The notes beneath the pieces were generated by a model. It saw nothing but the letters and a program-made list of their open reading frames with translations, ran no database searches and was not told the DNA's origin. DNA of 64,000 nucleotides from the human T2T-CHM13v2.0 reference genome, Homo sapiens. Within the stretch, counting starts at the first letter, position 1. Every line of letters begins with the position of its first letter. Shown piece by piece: positions 59,025 to 64,000 of this stretch. Location: the NCBI RefSeq assembly GCF_009914755.1, contig NC_060929.1; one strand, written 5' to 3'. The position numbers and the translations under genes were made by a program.

Positions 59025-59220
59025 GGCACACACACTGTGGTCTCACGCATGCACACACCTGCATGTGCTTACTGTGTGAATGTCCCCCCAACACACACAC
59101 ACAGCGCTGTGCATGCCTAGGCACGCATACACCAGGCACACATGTGTGCATGCTTACTATGTCATGTTGCACACAACACATGCTCACAGTCACGCACACA
59201 CATACTCACCAAGGCACACT
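59025..59220. repeat. Degenerate (CA)n/(CATG)-rich tract
   Basis: CACACACACACA core near 59092 with GCATGCAC-type flanks. Confidence 0.75.
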
Positions 59221-60859
59221 CGTGGCCTCCTTCCTGCTCACATCTTTGTAAATGAACGCAGGATCTCCCCTGCTGATGGGGCCCCTGAACAAGGGAAATC
59301 CAATCCCTACCATCACCTAAAGGGCTGAGAAAGCCTTGGGTCGGGGAGGCCACTCCTCACCAGCAAAGGGTGAGTGAGGGAGCAGGCAGGGCCTGGGGTC
59401 AGGCCCAGGGTCTCGCTCCATGTGAGCCAGGCTGTGAGCCAAGTGGGTGCCTTCAAAATTAGGTGCTGGCTCCTCTCACCTGGGTTCCTCCAACTGAGGG
59501 GAAAGCCTCAGGAGAGAAGGTCGTTGTTACCTGCTATAGCCCCGGGCCAGGTGGCTGGGCAAGCCAGCTGTAGGGAGGGTTCCCAGGAGCACAGAGCTCT
59601 GGGCAGGTCCCAGCCCCACCTCTGAGACCTCCTTTCACCCCCTACACAGTGTTCTCTGATTCACTGCCTCCTCATTTGGGGCCTTGCCCATGTGGGGCAG
59701 ATTTGAGGGCAGAAGACCTGTGTGCCTACCCAGAAATGACCCTTGAGCCCACCCCAGCATCACCTCACCTATAGGACAAGGTTAGTGATCTTCATTAAAA
59801 GGGGTGGGGTTTCTGTGCAATGCTATCTAGGGACCATCTTGAGGATGGAAGGCACTGCCCAGGTGGGAATCACCAATGCCCAGCCAGAGGCCAAGGAACA
59901 CGCCAAGAGGAACAGCCAGAGGCTGCCTGGCAGTTTTGAATGTTAGCAGCGGGATGGAGACAGGGGCTCATTCCCAGAAATGGAGGCACCCAGAAAGGCA
60001 AGAAGTTTCTGTTTCTTCATCAGGAAAATCAGTGCCTACCACACAGAATTGGTCACGCATTCATTCAACAAACCTTTACTGAGCTGCTACTGTGTACCAG
60101 GCACTGCGGTTAGAGGGGCCAACAGGGACAGACAAGAGCCTGCTCTCTTGAGGCTTCTGTCTGGTGGGAGAAGACAGACAGTCAACAAGGGGACAGATGG
60201 AAAAAATAAAACAGAGATTGTCAGCTGTGACAAGGAGGGTGGCTTGTTGTATAAGCAAAGTCAGAGAGGGTCTCTCTTGGGAGGCAGCCTGAATTTGTCT
60301 GGCCACCTGAAAAAGAAACCACCAGCCATATGAAGAACAGAGAGAACAGCCATGGGGCCGAGGGAGCAGCAAGTGCGAAGGGCCGGAGGCTGGCGGAGCT
60401 TGCTGCAACTCCACGAACAGAGGGATCCTGTGAAGTGGAAATAACGTGAATGAGTTTTAAAAAGCAGGGCGTGGATTTAAAAAGTGCCTTTGCAGGGGGA
60501 GGAAGGGACCAGATGATGTAGGACATTGTGAGGACGACCAAACAGCACGTTTGTAAACTCCAAGGGCTGGGAAGATGAGTCTTTGTCGAGGGCTGGATTG
60601 TATTTCTGGAAAGCACATTTCAATGCAGGAGCCTCTAGGGTGGATGGAAGACACCAGAATAGCTACAGAACAGAGGCTCTGTGAGCTTTTGGCTGCCCCT
60701 CTGCCCAGAACATTCCCTAACAAGGACCAGTTCTTAGAAGGGGAAGCCCCAGGCAGGCCCAGATGGTGACCCAAGAGAGCCTTCCGTGCCCATGGAAGCA
60801 CTTGCCTGCAGCTTCTGTGGCCAACAGATCACTCTCCTGTATGTTTTCTCATTTTCTCT

Positions 60860-61450
60860 TCACAACCACTCTGTGTGGGAGTCAACAGCAGACACCTTTT
60901 CCAAACCAGAAAGCTCCTTAAAAGGGAATCACACATGTCCCTCCTGTACTTACAACCCTACAAGGATCCACTATTCTTGGACTAAAACCCACAGCCCACT
61001 CTGGGACCCGCAAGGCCCCACATCACCTGGCTCCTGCGGCCTCTCCGGCCTCATTTCCTCAACTCTGCCCCTGCTCCCACACTGCAGCCACATGGCCTTT
61101 GGTCTATTGCTCCAAAGCACCACCAGGCTCTTTCCTGCCACAGGCCCTTTGCACCTGCTTTTGCTCTCCTTGGCAGATTATCCCATCAGGCAAAGGTCAC
61201 TCCCCCTCATGAGGGCCACTCCCCCTAGAGTAACTGCCCCCATCTGCGTCACTGTGTGTTATTTTCTTCATATTTTCTTCAGAGCATTGCCTGAAATTAT
61301 CTTGTCTTTGCATGCTTAGGTAGTATCTTTGCTCCTACTGGACTGTGAGTCTCTTAAGGGCGGGGACTCATTGGTGCTGGTTCCACGGGCCTGGCACACT
61401 GCCTGGCACAGAGAAAGAGCCCGAGGGATATTTGTGGGATAAATGGATGA
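60860..61450. mobile_element. L2 LINE fragment
   Basis: CACTGCAGCCACATGGCC..CCTGCCACAGGCCCTTTGCACCTGCT..GACTGTGAGTCTCTTAAGGGCGGGGAC..CACACTGCCTGGCACAGAG. Confidence 0.65.
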
Positions 61451-64000
61451 GTGATGTGCCCAAGGTCACGTGGCTGTCAGATAACAGAGGCAGAACTTAC
61501 ACCCAGGCCTTTGGGCTGCTAAGGGCAAAGTTTTCTCCTAGAATCCCAGGACTTTGAGGGAAACCCAGGATGGGTGGGCCTGGGTCCCAGGAAAGGGGAG
61601 TCATTTGTGTTCCTCCTGGCTTCCACCCCTCTGGCTTCATCCCCAGCAATCTGAAAGATGCAGATGGCCTGTCCCCTCACCTCCTGAAATCAATCAGGGC
61701 GAGACCTTAGTGAGGGCACTAAGGTCTGACCCTCCTGCCCACACCGCACCTGTGGCCTTTTCCTTCCTTCATTTTGAGGCTTGGCTGGCAGGTCTCCACT
61801 TCTGGCCATGCACACACACAAACACACACACCCGCACCCCCCTGCCTGGCCAAGTCCTCCCCAAGGGTGGGGGTGAGGCCCAGCACTAGCCATTCTGCAC
61901 CCCCTGATTCCTGGTCTGTGACTCCACAGGACAGGCATGGCAGATCAGTTCTCCCTGCCCTGTAGGTTCCCAGGGCTCAAGGGCACCTGTGGTCAGCCCC
62001 GCAGTAGGATGAAGAGTCAAGAGGGCTGCGTGGAGAGTCAGAGGACCTAGACTCTAGCTCTCTCCACCTCCCTCTGCCTGTATGACCTTGGGCAGGTCAC
62101 TTCCATCCCCTGAGGCTCAATTTCCTCATCTGTAAAATGAAAACAGGGTGGATTTAATGGTCTCTGAGGAATCTTCTATGTTGAAAGATAAAGATTTTTT
62201 GGGATGCTGGACATTTATTGAACACCAACTGCATACCATCCCCAGATACTGGGCATTTATTGAACACTACTGTATACCACAGCAAATCCATGACTACACC
62301 CAGACTCAGAGGGACAAAGAGGCTTGCTCAAGTTGTCCGAGCTAGCAGGTGGCAGAACTGGGATTTGACCCTGGCCTGCCTGATTTCTCTTCCCCAACTG
62401 TTCTAGGAGCCTTTGCTGCCTCAGCCCCCCAACTCAATGCCACTCCCCCATGCCTGTAAGCTGGACTTCTGTCTTCTCTGTCTGAAAAGTTTGCTTTTGC
62501 ACTGAATCCCTCCCGGGCTGCTGGAGTGTGATTTGCTGCCTGACAGCTGGAAGTCAAAGCAGCAAGGCTAACTCCATCCTGCAGGCCTAGCCAAGCTCAG
62601 GGGCCCTGAAAGTTTCCAGGGGCAGTTAGACCAAGCTGGGCAACCTTGGGCACGTTGATCAAGCTCTCTGAACCTCGGCCTCCTCATATGTAGTGCAGGG
62701 AGGCTACTTCTCCTATTTAGGAGGCGTTGAGATGAATCAACAAGGTGGTGGCACCAAGGAAGCAAAAGGGAGACCCCCGCCTGGAGTCTGGGTGTGTAAA
62801 TAAAGAGGCGTGGGGCCAAGGAGGGCTTTAGGGGCCTCGTCCCAGGCGACGTGAGGCCACCGCAGGAAGTTTCTGAGCAGGGGAGTGCTGTGAGGCGAGG
62901 AGTATTTTAAGAAGATTCTTCTGGCAGCACAGGCCAGGTTGAGTTGGAGGAGCCGCGTGGGGGAGTGCGAGCGGCGCCCATGCCTGGAAAACTTTGCAAA
63001 TGAGGCCCCCTCTTGGAGCCCTTCAGGATCCAAGGCAATCTGAGAAGCAGGGGCTGGGTCCGAGGTCTCACCCCCGACACAGGTTGCATCTACAACCTCA
63101 GGGCCATCAGCATCCCCAGAGCAACTCAGACAGGCTCCTAGTCCATCACGACGTGCCTTCGCTCAAAGCATGCGTGGCCCACTCAGAGCCGCCGCTAAAG
63201 CTAGGATTTGAAGCTGGGTCTGTAGGACATCAAGTCCAGCGCTCTTCCATCAGAGTTACACATACTCCAGGAACCTTGCCTGAGCCTCAGATGGGCATCT
63301 TACTGCCCTCAACTCAGCCCAGGGCAGGATTAGAGAGAACGGGAGGTCCTGCTTAGCTGCAGACTCAACAACTCCTGCAGGGGGCATGAGAAGGCGGCTG
63401 CAGAACCTGCCCAGACCACACACAGGCTCCACTACATGGTGCCAGTCACAACAGAGTTAACCCTGGCTTCCCCGATTCTGCTAGTCAGGCAGCCACCATG
63501 GCAGAGGCACCAAGAGACACTGCCTGGGACCCCCAGCCCCTCTCCTCCAATCCACATGTCTGTCAGTCCCCCCGTGAGGTTCAAGCTTTCTCAGCTGCCG
63601 GCGAGTTTTATGGCCTCTGATGCTGACAGTGCTGTTCCAAGTCTCTCACCTAACAGCTTCATCACAGGGCTAATGGTCACTGCTATTCATTCAACAAACA
63701 ATCTGTGATGCTTGCTTTGTGCCAGGCCCTGGGGCCAAAGAGATGTTTAGACACAGCCCTGCCTCAACAGCCCCAGGCTGGCAGCAAAGAGACACTGCAG
63801 GAGATGGGAGATAGTCTGTCCAGCCAGGAAACTCCTAGAAGTCTCCCCAGAGCCCATCATACCTATAAGGAGATCTGAGGGGGGCGGGGGGCAGGGAAGC
63901 CAGACACAGCCATTGGTAGGGGAGAGGAAGGAGTGTCCCCAGCATGTACAAAGGCTGAGGCATGATGAAAGGCCCCAAAAAGGAGGGACAGACTGCTGCA

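Noticed and set aside
62203-62279. Degenerate 42-nt tandem duplication (CATTTATTGAACAC twice)
   Set aside because: Old duplication of a MIR/L2 tail motif; two copies only, no functional cue

Overview
Primate (human-like) genomic DNA, not microbial: about 21 Alus plus many MIR/L2/L1/MaLR/DNA-transposon relics and no credible protein-coding exon. It holds one strong CpG island (~12.15-13.7 kb) with a + strand non-coding first exon (donor CAG|GTTCGT at 12466/12467) and a well-defined 80-nt non-coding exon at 24688-24767. From memory these match the distal 5'UTR exons of CPLX2 (complexin-2, 5q35.2; not database-verified), whose coding exons would lie beyond the right edge. The most notable signal is five same-strand split REST/RE1-like sites (AGCAC[C/T]-N7-8-GGA[C/T]AG): three just downstream of exon 1, one 13 nt after exon 2 and one 2.7 kb further. 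Others are an 8-codon uORF inside exon 2, two short insertions templated from 2-3 kb away, an Alu with 38 extra nt inside its TSD, an antisense retrocopied 3'UTR, and an inverted Alu pair 30 nt apart. I found no novel multi-gene system. Repeat families were recognised by eye and their boundaries are approximate.
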